Shown: positions 13,514-28,109 of the stretch, piece by piece
Layout: each line of letters opens with the position of its first letter
Numbering within the stretch: position 1 is the stretch's first letter
Assembly (NCBI GenBank): GCA_010093705.1
Contig: MU006089.1
Coordinates: 880,011-938,676 of the forward strand
Direction of reading: 5' to 3'
DNA length: 58,666 nt
From: Patellaria atrata CBS 101060
Taxonomy: Eukaryota
The notes under the pieces: generated by a model
The model's database searches: none
Seen by the model: only the letters and a program-made list of their open reading frames with translations
Told to the model about the DNA's origin: nothing
Position numbers and translations under genes: made by a program

Positions 13514-14230
13514 TATGGAGAGATGTAGACGGATTCAATTGCAATGAGTTCGGTTTCGATATTGCAGCTGTTCAGGAGGAGAAGAGGTTTGGAACGGAAT
13601 GGAGATGAGCAAATAAGGTAAGGTGATAGAGATTTAAGTAAAAGTGTGCAGTTGCACATAAGGTACCTTACGATTTTAAGGTAGAAGGAAAAGATTATTG
13701 GGTAAAGAGGTTTGTTTACTGCAGTTGCTGCCCACGTACAGTCGTGAATACCTTACCTAAAAGTGAAGTAGTTTAGCAACGGTGATGCGATCGAGAACGT
13801 CATTATTAACCGTGCAACAAGTCATGCCGAGGATAAGTTTGAAGACTGCGAGTGCTACTTCCGGCGTGCCTGAACAAGGGCACGCACATGCAATAACAAA
13901 GAAATTTGTGTGTTCTAATAATGAGGCTCCTCTTAGAAGCAGATCGTTGACTGCTGATGGTGCAAGTACGGAGTAAATACACCAGAATCGGTTCATTATC
14001 TGCAGCTGTCACCCCTAAAGCCGTAGGGCTGATGCGGCTCTGCTCCGCCGCACTTTTATCGCCTGAATTCCCGAAACCCCTGGCTAACGATACACTTCAT
14101 GTCAACGTCGGTTTGAGCTGATGCCTCAACAACGTGATGTAGAACAGGAGCCATAATTTGCATCATTGAATACTCAACCTATTTTCACTTTGCTATTCAT
14201 GTCTCCGTTCCTTTCATCCTGATCGAGCCT

Positions 14231-15645
14231 ATGGATAAAGATCCTGCTGTTGATTCCGAGGTAGACTCGTTCAGTCTCGTGCTCCCTCTTCCCTATCGAG
14301 TCGCCATAATAATTGTGCTGGGGGTATGGGCATGGGGTGCAAATCTACACTATCTCCATGCAATCAAGATTGTAGGCATAACTACCTCCCAATATCATCA
14401 TCTTCCATCCCGCATGTTTAATACTCACCCACCCCTAGGACGTACCAGCACTGATCCGCTATCCTCCCCGCACCTCCCATGCGCACCTCCCCCACCACCT
14501 CTCCACCTACCGCCTCGCAGCTCTCCTCTCACTCCCTCTCTGTGCGTCCCTCCTCCTCTTCTGGACCCTCACCCGCTGCGATCCCGCCCTCGTTCTTTCT
14601 TGGGAAATAATCCCTAATTTCTACCTGCTGCTGCTCGCCCTCGCATTCCTACTCCCCTTCCACAACCTCTCGCGTAATGGACGCGCACGCTTTCTCCATA
14701 CACTGCGCCGTATCAGCATTGGCGGTCTTGCTGAAGCTCAGGATGGCAAGTTCGGAGATATCATTGCTGCAGATGCTTTAACCTCGTACGCCAAAGTCCT
14801 CGGTGATCTCTTCGTTACCCTCTGCATGATGTTCACTCACCGTCACTCCACCGCTCACCCTCATCGCGCGTGCGGTGGGGCGATCGTGGTCCCTCTTATA
14901 ATCGCTATACCCTCCCTTATCCGTCTCCGCCAATGTCTGATTGAATATTTGCGCATCCGGAATGGGAACAAGCGGTCAGGCGCTGTCGGATCTTCAGGGT
15001 GGGGAGGCCAGCATCTTGCCAACGCGCTGAAATACGCCTCGGCTTTTCCGGTAATAACACTGTCTGCTTTACAGCGCGGAGAGGATCCGGCTAAGCTTGG
15101 GATGAGTGAAACTACCCTTTTCCGGCTTTGGCTATTTTTCGTTTTTATTAACTCTTTCTACTCGTTCTACTGGGACGTCGCAAAGGATTGGGACCTGTCC
15201 CTATTCTCTTCCGCGCGGGTGCGCAACTCCCCTGAGCACCCTTGGGGTCTGCGTAGGTACCGTTACTTCCATGCATCAGAGCTATACTACGCCACCATCT
15301 TGGTTGATTTCCTGTTGCGTATGACGTGGAGCTTTAAGTTATCCCCCCATCTCGACCACTTTAATGATTTAGAAGGTGGTATCTTCCTGATAGAGGTGCT
15401 TGAGGTATTTAGGAGGTGGATTTGGATTTTCTTTAGGGTTGAGACCGAATGGGGTGAGTAAAATCATCTGAACTCTTTATTCCTGCAGATATCTGAGACC
15501 AAATACAGAGACCTTCGTGGTTCTCTTTACCCAGGAAGCTATAGTATCAAAATACTGACAAACACAACTAGTGCGAAATAATCGTGGCCCTGCGCCCGAT
15601 GACATACTCCTCGGAGAGTACGGAAAGTACGACGTTGATGATTGA
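14231..15645 (+). CDS. ERD1: EXS-family ER retention protein Erd1 (3 exons)
   Basis: LPLPYRVA..WAWGANL, GKFGDIIAADALTSYAK, RLRQCLIEY, SFYWDVAKDWDL, LEVFRRWIWIFFRVETEW; last exon 15571-15645. Confidence 0.9.
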
Positions 15646-16685
15646 CATTCTTGTTGTTAGAGTTTTCCTAATTAAGACTGTTTTATACTTCTTTGTATCT
15701 ATAACTGAACAACACTATGGCTCACGTTAAGGCATAAAATCAATCAAACACCAGACGGCATGTGCTCGCTTTTCTGTCTTCGCTTTAGTTGTATTCGCTA
15801 CAAATCTTCGTTAACAATATCTGTCCTAATTGATGTCCTTCCACTGCTAATCCGTGATCTTCATAACTTCGTTCACATTTCTACTTTTCAGTCTATAAAA
15901 CAGGAAATCATGTTTCATATCATGAAATAACCCCCCCCCCCCCCCGCGGAGGCCTCCTTGTTCCCCTGACTGGTGACTTTGGTTGCTGCTCCGACCTTGG
16001 TCGATCTTCTCATGACCGATGAACCTGCTAGAAGTTGATTTTTCAGTGCTCTAATACAGGCTCTTGCGTAAGCTTTTCAAAACGGTGTTGGAGATGATAA
16101 GATATCTAAGCATACGATTTCGCATTTTGGTTGCAGGGGAAACACAGGTCGCTCGATTCAAAAGTAGATTTAGGAATAGGGCCTGGATGATATATTGACT
16201 GGATTCTTTACTTCCAACGTACTTGGAAAACCTAGTTCCGGTTTCATTTAGAAATAGAACGTTTAAATTTCTTTTTCATGCGGGAAGGCTGATAAGTTGT
16301 CTAATAAGGTGACTTCTTGCTGATTTTGAAATGAAGTACTGCCAGTGTACCTTTATAGTAGGATCACAAAGGTTTATCTAATCATTGTTGAGTTCTGAGT
16401 TACGGATTTAAACGATGATAAGATAGTTACATTTGGCTCTAGATTCAATTAGATCATTGATATATTGTTGGGAAGAAAATCCATGCTTACCTTTTTACCC
16501 CATGCACCATGATATCCCAAATGAGAGTTTGGGTTGATGTTTGCGCGAGAGTCTCTCTCGGCAACCGTATAAATTTCACCCCACATTCGCGTGCATTATT
16601 TTCGTTGACCTGCAAGTAATTATCTGAACTAACATTACGAGTCCGCGATACCCTCTAGTCGGCCAAATCAAGTAAATTAGACAAA

Positions 16686-19082
16686 ATGGCACCCTCATAC
16701 GATAATCTCGATGCTGAGGAAGAGCTCGACGACATCGAAATTGACTACTCAGATCTCCGTGATGCATACGAAGTCAGATTAGAAGAAGGCCTCGACGCCT
16801 TCGTGGTTATTGATGGTCTCCCTATCGTAAACGAGGAACAGAAGGAAAAGCTCATAAAATTCTTATTGCGAAAGCTCAACTCGGTGGGTAAAGTTAAGGA
16901 GGATGGTGTTTTTATGCCTCTGGGTGACAATGGAAAGAGTGAGGGGTTGGTTGAATTCTTATCGTGATGAGAAAGACTTTCGCTAATATATGCTAGGTTT
17001 GCTTTCGTTGAGTTCGCAGCTGCTGAGCAAGCTGCTGCTGCAGTCAAGCAGCTCCATGGCACACCCCTAGATAAGAGACATACCATTGCAGTAAACAAGC
17101 TCACAGATATTGATCGCTATGGGCGAGAAGGCCGCATTGACGATCACTACGAACCTCCTTATATTGAGCCCTTTCAGGAAAAGGAACACTTGAGATCATG
17201 GCTAGGTGACCCAAGCGCTAGAGATCAATTTTGCATGTACCGCGGCGATAAGGTTGGTGTGTTCTGGAACGAGAAGGAAGACCCTCCGGAGCCTGCAGTT
17301 GATCGGGATCACTGGACCGATTTATTCATACAATGGTCACCTTTAGGAACATATCTTACATCGCTACATAAGCAAGGTGTCCAGCTCTGGGGTGGCAAGT
17401 CGTGGAGTAGGCAAAGTAGGTTCGCACATCCAGGCGTTAGACTCGTGGATTTCTCGCCAAATGAAATGTTCATCACAACATGGTCACCTGAACCGATACA
17501 AGTGAACGAGAACCATCCGGTATTATCGCTCGAGGAGGATGGTAAAAACTACATCATCTGGGACGTCGCAACATGCAAACCTCTAAGATCATTTGTCACC
17601 CTGGATACTCCAGGTCCAACAACAGATGAACACGGCAATCCAATTAGGAAAAAATTACAGTGGCCCGCGTTCAAGTGGTCTGCAGACGATAAATACGTCG
17701 CTCGTATGACTCAAGGCCAATCCATATCCGTTTACGAGCTACCGAAGATGAATCTTCTCGACAAAGCGTCTATCAAGATCGAAGGTGTGATGGACTTCGA
17801 ATGGGCACCCGCATCTCCTCGCCGGGAAGGCAACAGGAACTACGAGCAGATATTCTGCTATTGGACACCTGAGCTAGGTAGCAATCCCGCAAAGGTTGGC
17901 CTTATGAGTATACCTTCCAAAGAGATCATTCGTACCCGGAACCTGTTCAATGTCTCTGACGCGAAGTTACACTGGCAATCAGACGCGAAATTCGTCTGTG
18001 TAAAAGTAGACCGACATTCCAAGTCCAAGAAATCACTTGCCACAAACCTCGAGATCTTCAGAGTGGAAGAAAAAGGTGTGCCCGTTGAAGTCGTGGATTC
18101 GATCAAAGATACCGTCATCAACTTCTCGTGGGAACCAAAAGGCGACCGTTTCGTACTCATCACCACCCCCGAGATTCCTGCAAACACCGCCGTTCCTCCC
18201 AAAACATCAGTCGCCTTTTTCTGTCCCGAGAAAGCAAAGGGCAACGCCGTCGGTAATTTCAAGCACATCAGAACGATCGACAAGAAGAACAGCAACTCGA
18301 TCTACTGGGGACCCAAAGGCCGCTTCGTCGTCGTCGCAACGATACAAAACCAATCCAGCTTCGACCTCGACTTCTGGGACCTAGACTTCGAAGGCGAGCG
18401 CGACGAAAAAGACAAAGATCTCACCGCTAACCTGCAGTTAATGGGCTCTGGCGAACACTACGGCATCACCGACGTAGAGTGGGATCCCACCGGCCGCTAC
18501 CTCATCACTTCCAGCAGTTGGTGGAAACACCAGGTAAGTCCACCCCANNNNNNNNNNNNNNNNNNNNNNNNNNNNNNNNNNNNNNNNNNNNNNNNNNNNN
18601 NNNNNNNNNNNNNNNNNNNNNNNNNNNNNNNNNNNNNNNNNNNNNNNAGACCAAATTCTAATTCAGCATAGATGGAAAACGGCTACCACCTCTACGACTT
18701 CCGCGGCACACTCCTCCGCGAAGAGCACATCGAAGGCTTCAAGCAAATCGCCTGGCGCAAGCGCCCCCCCACCCTCCTCTCCAAGGACCAGCAAAAGGAC
18801 GTCCGCAAGAAACTCCGCGACTACTCCAAGGAGTTCGAGGCCGAGGATCTCGCTAAGAAGAACACGGCCACCAGGGCGGTGGTCGAGCACCGTAGGAGGC
18901 TCCTGGAGGAGTGGAATGCCTGGAGACAGCGCGTCATGGAGGATCTCGAGGATGAGGGTGTCGATCCGGAGGATCTGAGGGGTCCCCAGGACGGTAAGGA
19001 GGGCGAGGAGCCGGAGGAGGGTCAGGTCGTTGAGGAGATCGTCGAGGAGATTATTAAGGAGACTGAGGAGGTTGTTGGGTAG
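16686..19082 (+). CDS. PRT1: Translation initiation factor eIF3 subunit b (3 exons)
   Basis: N-terminal RRM (FVVIDGLP...FAFVEF), beta-propeller ([23 protein letters not shown]) and C-terminal [10 protein letters not shown]. Confidence 0.96.
18548..18647. other. Assembly gap (100 N) inside the last eIF3b intron
   Basis: Run of N between a GTAAGT donor and a CTAAT...TAG acceptor. Confidence 1.
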
Positions 19083-19439
19083 GATGTGCATGAGTAGTGG
19101 TTCTCCTTGACTATAGAAATGTATGAAATCAATCCGAAGGTGATGAGAAAAACTTTACTATGCATGAAGGTCTCGGCCTGTTTCTTTATTTCACTTGTCA
19201 ATATAGCACCGTCACAGACACGGTACGGTCATAGAGCTTGTTTCTCCTGACGACATAATAGAAAATAGACCCGTCAGTCGAATTTGTCTGCATTATGTAA
19301 TACCACGGAATCTGCAACGGGAAACCCCTGTACACGTATGTGAAGCCATCTCCGGGGCTCTTTCCACCCGTTCCATCCATCCAAACCCACAAACGCAAAA
19401 TACAGATCAGACACCACATTCCCGTTCCCGTCCCTCATA

Positions 19440-22400
19440 TCAACATGGCTTTAAAACCTCCCACCCTCTCAACTCCTCCAGCGCACCATCATCATCCATC
19501 AAACCCTGAGCGCTCCTCCTCGGCAACGGTAGCGCCTCCTTATCCCGTCCCTGCACCGGTATTTGTTTCCTCAAGTTGCTATTCCCCGCACCGACATCTC
19601 TCCCAGCGGCACCGATATCTCTACCGCTGAGATTCGTACCCGACCTCCGCGGAGGCGGCGGAAACGGCACTGCCCTCGTCTCCACCGACGACGACGCAGC
19701 CGACGTGTTGACCAGACTGCTCGTGCTCGTACTGCCCAACGTGACCGGCTTCCTCGGTACCGGCGGCGCGGGTTTCTTCCCTGCCACTGAGCGCGTCGAG
19801 GCGGTAGATGGGGATCTGCTGCGCCGCGCGTCGTTGGTGTCGTCGAGAGGTTTTGGCAGGACGTCCGGGAAGTTGGCGGGGTTATAGGGGGGAGGGAGAC
19901 TGCGGGGGCCGTCTGTGGGTTTGCGGGACAAAGGGGGAGTCGGTTCATGTGTGCCGTCTGTGCTGGCGTTTCTGAGGGACGAGGAGGGAGAGGGAGATGG
20001 ATGAGCGATGTTGGAGACGTGCACCCATTCGTTGGTAGGAGAGGAGCTGAAGGGATTGGATGGACGAGCCGGGTTGGGGATGTGGTTGCTATCCGGGGGC
20101 TCTACGCGGGAGCGGGCTGGGAAACCTAGGGGAGGCTCATAAGTTGGCTTTCAGGAATGAGAGAGTTGGAGAGTTACCGTTGTCGAGCCACCACTTTCTG
20201 CGATCCGAGCTCGCGGGCGGTAAGCCTGGCTCGATGGAGTCGTAGCCGATTAGGTCTTCGTCGTCGGTGTCGTCCATGGGGGCGTTGGCTGTGCTATTAC
20301 CGACTACGGCACGTCGGCGCTCGTAGGTCTCATGGCTTAGTTGTTCTTTCTTCTTCTCGTCGATGGCGGAGATGGTGCAATCGAATGTGGCGTAGACGGG
20401 TCTGTGGTCGGAAAATCGGAGGGGTGCGGTGTTGTAGTTGATTTGGCGTAAGATGTCGCCTTTGCGGAGGACGCGGTCACACCATGCTGGTATACGACCT
20501 TTATCCCTGATGACATTAGATGGACATCTTGCATTGAACCGGAGTCACTCACGAAGTGTCGTATTGATCAGTTCCAACGTCATACTTGTACGTAGGCTTG
20601 AAAGTAATTCTAGCTTCTGAGTAATACGGAAATGTAAGACCGGCGACCATTTGTAGGTTTAGCTAATCCTGTCAGTAACTTTCACAGTAGTATTCTTCGA
20701 TTCGAACATACCTGATCGTTTTCATACAAGGTCTCCAAATCACCCATTTGTATGAACCTGCGTACTTTCTCATCCCCTAAGCCTATTCTATAATTAAAAT
20801 CTCCTAACCATATCACAGCATCATGATCATCGATAGATCGATTGCGCTGAAACCTAAGACCATGCGTAGGATGACTGATGGTTTTGTAGTCCCTATTCCT
20901 CTCCTCGTAGTTCGCAAAGCCAGCTGCAAGATGAGCGGTAACGAAACACAATGACGTATTCGCGAATTCCATCCGAATAGCAACAGCGCCTTTGTTTCCA
21001 GCCATACCGGACATACCTGTCTATGTGATGTTAGAGAATGATACTACAGATTGAGATACGACCCACCTTCTTGAGGCTCCCTTCCACATTCTTAATATGT
21101 TTTAAGACGCTAGACTTCACGAAAATCGATAACGATGCTCCAACAAGCTGTCCACCTCGAAGCAAAACATACTCCTCACTCTCATGGCTCCTAGCGTCTT
21201 CGTTGAGCGTCCGCGCCACTGCTGCCTCCCATTTCTGACGCCTAGTCGGGTCCGTCGACATTATCTGCTGTGGACTCAGTTCTACGATCTCCTGAAACCC
21301 GACAGCGACAATCTCAGGGTGTTTCTGAGACAGATCTACCGCTGGACAGAGCCAAGGTGAGAGATCCTCATTGATTCCATCTGTACGTCCATTCAAGTTG
21401 AACGTCCCGACCCAGATATGAATAGTATCAGAAGAAGTATACTCATTGGCCCTTCTGCTCAACTCGCTGCCCACGAAATCGTTGATAGGATCATAGAGAT
21501 GTACGGCAGTCTGTCCCATGAGTCTTCCCAGAAGCATATCGATCGTATTTTGCCGGCCCTTGTCAGCAAAGTTATTGATATACATCCTCGTTGCGCTCTT
21601 ACGCGCATCCGCTAAAGCACCGGCAAGGGACATCTTCCCATGTCTCGTAAATGACGACTTTAGAGCGCCTGTGCCAGCATATATGCGAGAGAGCGCGTCT
21701 CCATTATCTGCCCATAAGCTCCCATGCCTGACCCAGAAGTCTGGTGTCCCGCGCTCCCCACGGTGATCAAGAAAAGCTTCCAATGCCATTCTGCTGATAT
21801 TTGTTTGAACAAGATTTGTTCTGTCTAGACAGTCTAAACAATTCGTTCGAAATACTCCTTCCTGTTGTAGAATCACTACCGGTCTTCTGCTCAATCCATC
21901 TGAGCTTGGTTTGAATTTCGGATTGTCATCAATCTCTTCAGAAAGATAGTAGACAAAGGCATCCGCAGAATTCTGTATGTACTTGCTTATTGCACTGGCG
22001 GCCTCGTAACCCCCAGGGCCACGAGTTTCCGCATGGAAATCGTATTCTGTTGATCTAAGGAGCTCATGACCTTGTTGATTCTTTTCCCCGTTCCCATTAC
22101 TCAGTGAACTGTGACCAACATGGTGACGATATCTCCTAGTCAAATCAAGTTCATGAGGCTTCTCATGACTTAGGAGGTTCACAACGTGAACAGCGCCATA
22201 ACTGGCTTCAAGATTCTCGAAGTGTTTGTCAAAAGCAGGCTGAGTAGCTTCAGGCGATCGAGTGATTGATATCTTCTGTTGACCTGGTAGAAGTCCAGTC
22301 GCTTGCTCCCAAAATATGGGTACGCTACCTCTAATCTGGACATAAGAGAAGCATATACCAGACGGAGTCCAGAATATAGTCTCGGTTTCCACGAAATTAG

Positions 22401-23374
22401 CTACGTTACCATCGTCATCGATGCCACGAGCATTGAATCTTGTCCCTGCCCTCCTACAAGACAAGCGCGAAACAAGAGTAATAGTAGACGGTAAGCCAGA
22501 AGCCCTGGTTCTAGCGGGGGATGATGAAGGGGGGACCGTTAATGTCTGTACGAAACCTCTTATAGCAGAAGTTAGTATTTGTGACGAGTCAAGAGCGTCC
22601 TTTTCGCGCTGAGATAAACGAGAACGGAAGTCGACTAGTGGCTGGATCATGTATGAATTCCACAAGAAGCCCGCTTCCAGACTGTCAATCGCTACAGTAG
22701 CAGCATCGTAGGACCTATCCTGTAGCCTCCGGGTGACATCAAAGTCCGCGCTGTAGTAGAAAGTTCCACTGCTCAATAGCTTTTTCAAGGTCAAACATGG
22801 ATGCTCCAGCACATGCTCGCGCCTACCAGAACCATATCCCATCTCATAACCCTCATCATCAACAGTATCCGTAGGGTAAGGATTGATTTCGTCGTTTAGC
22901 AGGTGATCATAGTCAGATCTGTTTAAACAGTCTATACACAACATTAGCTCCTGAACTCCTAAAAGAGCCAAAAAAAACAACAAAAAGCCCAGGCGAATAC
23001 CCACGAAACTCAACCGACAGAATCCTCTGCACAGTCTCGCCCGGCCGCACAGTAGCAACCTTCGAACTGGCGCTAACAACGCAAAGAAACACATCATTAT
23101 TAACCGTTATAAGCCCCAGCGTGCCATGCACACTCATAGAACTCAGAGACCTATACTCGCTTAGGTCGGTACTCGTTAAAGCTGAGAACTCCACCATACA
23201 ACGGGGAGCGCTCGCTCCAGTGCTGGAGAACGAGGTTTGGGAAGCATTACGAGAGCTGAAAGTATCTAGGTCGGTCGAGGATGGGCTATGGCGGAATATG
23301 AGGACGTGAGAGGAGGTTGCGAGACCTATTGCGCGATGTGGGTGGTCCTTAATGAGGACACGGATGCCAGACAT
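19440..23374 (-). CDS. Synaptojanin-like phosphoinositide phosphatase (Sac1 domain + 5-phosphatase + Pro-rich tail; Inp52/Inp53-like), 5 exons
   Basis: RAGTRFNARGIDDDGNVANFVETE, RTNCLDCLDRTN (CX5R), GNKGAVAIR, WLGDFNYRI, PAWCDRVL, SDHRP. Confidence 0.95.
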
Positions 23375-24037
23375 CTCGTGGACGGGGAACGGAAGATGCA
23401 GTCGTCAATTGTGCTGGCATATTTGGTCTGGTAAACAGTAGGATGCTTTGAGAATGCGGTTTAAGGTAATAGGATCATTATAGGTGCTCATGACTGAGGG
23501 AGCAACGGGAGAGAACTGAACTCATACGGTACGTAACACACAAATAATTTTGTTTTAGCTCCCCAGAATAGTATCTAGACTGGACGGCCTATCATTACTA
23601 TAATAGGGAAGCCGCAGAATGTTCTACCTCTGGATATACAATGTAATCCTATCCATTACATCGCTAGTTTCAAAACTAATTTTATCGTCTGTTACCGACG
23701 CTTAGATTCAACCACTATCCCCTGCCCACCAATTCCCAATTTCTTCATGCTGTGAAATTCAACAGACCTCTGGTTCAAAAATCTGGACAGTGTAGAGTCC
23801 TGTACGGAGCCAAATTTGACAACTTACCGCTTTACGTACAGAAACAGTATAGCGACCGAGTGATGCCGACAGTGACTAAGGAGGAGCTATTAAATCTTAT
23901 GGAGAGTATAGCTAGAACTTAATGATGTACACTGATACGTAGATGCAATAAACACGTCAACTCTATAGTACTTTCCGAGGAGGAGCTGTAAGAAGTTCTC
24001 GTCTTCATATTAGGTCATCCCCTCCTGTGACAGTTTG

Positions 24038-27000
24038 CTATTCCGACACCATGCTCTGGTCGCCCTCCGTTGCCTGATCAGCTTCAGTATTCGTTCCGTC
24101 GCCATCCCCTTCTGTGTTACTCCTCAGTTCTGCTTCCACTTCCGCAGCCTTAGCATTAATAGCTTCCATTCTAGCGATAAATTCCTTCTGCAGCTCCTTC
24201 AACCAGCTCTTCAGAACGTCTCCTTCCAAGGTACCATTCTGCGCCTGAACCAGATGTTCTTTCAGGCTGAGGATCAGTTTTCTACGGCGTTCGTGTATGA
24301 CCGACATGGAATTCTTCTTCTGTCTCTGCATACGACGTTGGAGCGTCTCTGCCACTGTTGTTGCATGTTCGACAACCGCGGGTGGAAGAGGAACAACGTT
24401 CGCGAGCGCGAGACCGTAATGTTCCTCTTTGACCGCACCCTCAGCGATCTTATATAGCATATTGATCCGGTCGCAATCAGTCATTTCAACAGCAAGATGC
24501 AGGTTGACCACGCCATTTCTCTCCGACATGATGGTTGCTAGATCCCGAAAATGGGTTGCAAACCATACCAGAGCCTAAAATGATATTAGCACTGAAGCTT
24601 GAAAGTTAGGACCGCACACGAACCCGACTTCCTACAAGGGCTTCTGCAATAGCCAGTGCAATAGCTAGTCCATCTCTTGTACTGGTACCTCGCCCAAGTT
24701 CATCAACAATTGCCCTAGAAGATATTAGGATCCAGGTTTTATCGATCTGTGAGGAGTACTCACATGCTTCGTTTATCAATATTCCGGAGGATGAATGCAG
24801 CTTCCCTCATCTCCGCGGCGAAAGTTGACACATTCGATTCAACACTATCATCTATGGAAACTCGTGCAAATAATTGATATATAATTGGGAATGCCGCGTA
24901 CTGGGCAGGAACGCTGGGTGCTATTAGGAAAGTTGGCCTCTAAGTGCTTCTAGGTGTTGACAGCTTACAAACTACCTATCTGGGCCATTACAGACATCAA
25001 CGCGATGGACCGAATATATGTACTTTTACCGCTCATATTACATCCGGTAATGATCTGAAATCTGTTTTGCTGAGTCGCGTATACATCGTTAGGTATGTAT
25101 TTGCTCGATTGCACCTTTTCGCGGATAGGATGACGTCCAGACTTGATTGCTAACGTATCTGCAAGCTGGGGTCGAACTATAATCACTCAGTATTTGACGC
25201 CACTTCATATATCTCCTTACGAACCATAGTCCTGACTCGTCACCAATTGGGCGAATGAAGCTAACTGTTCTATGTTAGGTGTGTTGCAAACGTAGATACT
25301 TTCGAAATTCATACCATGTCCAGCATCGCAATGCTTTCACAGATTCTAAATAGAGCTGATATATGTTCTCTTATGGATGCAATGAGATCAAATACAGCTT
25401 GATTACTCATAAGAATTACTTCTTGGTGTGCATCCGTAATCTAGAGAGTCAGTAAGTGAAGATCGTAGCGTATGCGACAATATCACCTTCTGATTCTTCT
25501 TCACAAGGTCTAAGGTCTGACATTCTACGAAATTCTTTTTCCGAAAGACATTGACAAATACTGAAGGTAATACACGCTCTTCTAACTCAGATGCTTGAAC
25601 TCGAATGTAGAACTGGCGATTGCTATCAAATTTCAGGTCCAGTGGTATCTCATGCGTGTCTAGCAAGAACGTCAGTATTATGATTAATGTCAGCCTAGAA
25701 TGTAATGACTTACGGCTCAATTCAGTCACATATTGATATGTGTCTTCCGTAGCCTCCTTATAGGCTTGTCTTGCTACATCTAAAAGACCATTGACCCCCG
25801 ACTTTTAGGAATGTCACTAATAGTATACTGCTGCCAGCTATGAGCCACAAACCTTAACAGCGTAAGTGCGCTGGTTTCTCAAATCCAGGGGCTGATTAGC
25901 GAAAGTAGTGTCTTCGTTGATCACAGTATCAATTAATTCTCGCACCGGATCCACGTTTTGCGGAGCACACAACTGCAGAAGATTAGTTGTATTAGAGGAT
26001 AAAGGGGACAAAACGAACCGCGCGAATATTAACCAATATTGCGCTCCTTACGCTAGTCATCGCTTCGTATATCGGACTAACAGACAGGACAAATTGCTTC
26101 AACATAATGACATTATTGATAGCTTGCTCTGCCTGTTGAATGAACTGGGAAGATGTAGGAGTGGGGATGATAATGAGCTGTTCTGAGATAAGTTTGAGCT
26201 TATCATGAAATGATAGGTCTTAACATACAGCTGTTAGGACCTTGTCAACATCAAAGAGTGCTCTCAAACCTGCTAAATTTTAGAGAAGTCTGCCAATATA
26301 AGTAATAGAACCAACCTTGTCTTGTAGCAAAGAAGAGTTCTTCCTTTGTGGTGAGTTCCTCTAGCGCATCGTATCTATTGTTCAGAGTGTCGGCATCAGT
26401 AAGCGGTTGCAAGATATTACTTCTTAGCAGACGCGATCCCATTGGTGTGAGTGTTGCATTCAGAAGGCCAAAAAGACAATCTTTCGATTTTGGTTTTTGT
26501 AAGTTCTGTATAAGTTCCAAGGAATGAATAGTCGAAACATCAATCATCATTGAACCCTCGGAGGGCTCATACTTAATCCTGAGCGAATGAAAAGGAAACG
26601 TCTTAGACAAACCCAGTTCAATGTACTTGAGAGCCTAAGGGAATATGAGAAAGGATACTAAAACCCTTCATCAGGAATGGAAACATACAGCAGCTATGCA
26701 GCAGACAGCAAAGTAATTCCCACCAATCGAAATCTTGATGGCCTCAACGTCTTCCGCAAAAGCTAGCTGCTGGATGTATTCCAGTCCTGTAGTCTCAGCC
26801 CAATAGCGACGATCCAGCAATTTCATTCTGCTATTAAGAGCTTCTAAGTTCTCCTCAATGATGGAGAAAAGTTTAGACTTGGGATTAGCAGCAGTCGATA
26901 CTATTAGAATCTTAGACGGCCCATAGACCATGAGCTTGTGGATGGTCCGCACATATGTCTGACTGTCACATATTTGGCAAAGAACTGCCTCACCGTTATC

Positions 27001-27261
27001 AAGGTTGACGAAAGCAAGGCCGACAGTAGGTGAAATACCGCGGGATTCACTAACGGCACAGATGATCTGCTGAGATTCGATACCAGCAATGGTGGAGATA
27101 CCTGTCCTTGGTCTACCTGTGCCTGGCCGGCCATTGCTTCTACGTTCTGTTCGCGTACGTGAAGTAGTGGTGGTATATTCATTGTAGGAGTACGATGGAT
27201 AAGACGTGCTCACAGAAGTGTAGGAAGTTGATACATCTGAACGCTTGTTCTTTAAAGGCAT
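24038..27261 (-). CDS. MSH4: Meiotic MutS homolog 4 (multi-exon)
   Basis: [49 protein letters not shown] (Walker A), [24 protein letters not shown]; lacks the mismatch-binding domain I. Confidence 0.93.
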
Positions 27262-28109
27262 GATTTTTGTTTAGCACTTTGGTTAACAATTAGCAAAGGA
27301 ATGATTTAATATGATAATCTAAGATCTCCACAAAAAATCTTGAAGATCCATGTGAGATATGACTTGGATGAGAAGTTCACTTTTGTTGATGAGATGGGAA
27401 AGAACAAGTCGCGAACGTGGAGTGGAGGTCGCGTTGGCAGGACGCATGAGCCATATCTTAACTCTTGGCATAAAATGGTCCAAGGCGAAGCGCCGGGGTA
27501 CCGTACGAAACTCAAGGTTCTTTTTAGTTCTTTGTTAAATACTTAGAATGCAATCAATTCATACTGTTATCTGAGGTCTCGATGAAAAATCTTCAAGATT
27601 CATGTGCGATATGACTCGGATGAAAGTTCAGTTTCTTTTCACGAGATGAGACACGAACGAAAGTCAGCCCAGGTCAATAATACTCAGTTGTGGCCAACAA
27701 TACGTATCGATAAGGTATTGGTATTCTCGGTATTTCATCGGTATTGTATCGAATATTGTAATACCTTAAAAATACTCTTGGCATTCAAGGCTTTTTGATA
27801 CTTTTTAGAATTTATCTAAAATATTCATACATTTTGAAGAATTTTATTGAGATGAAGATGCCTTCGTACGAAGCCATTGCATAGCTATGAGTAATATGTA
27901 CAGTTATTCTAATATGGAAGGCACGAGGGCGTGCCTGCCTTCCCACCTGCCTACCTACCCACCTGCTAGTTTACATAAATATCTCTTCTTTCTAAGCTTT
28001 CTCTTCTTCTCTTCTTCTCTTCTTTTCTCCTCCTTGACCTCTCATTTAGCAACTCGAAATATAAGTGCTCAGCTCAAATCTATCGTACGAAGGCTAATCA
28101 GACTACAGC

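Noticed and set aside
15931..15945. Poly-C tract
   Set aside because: Simple homopolymer with no supporting structure.
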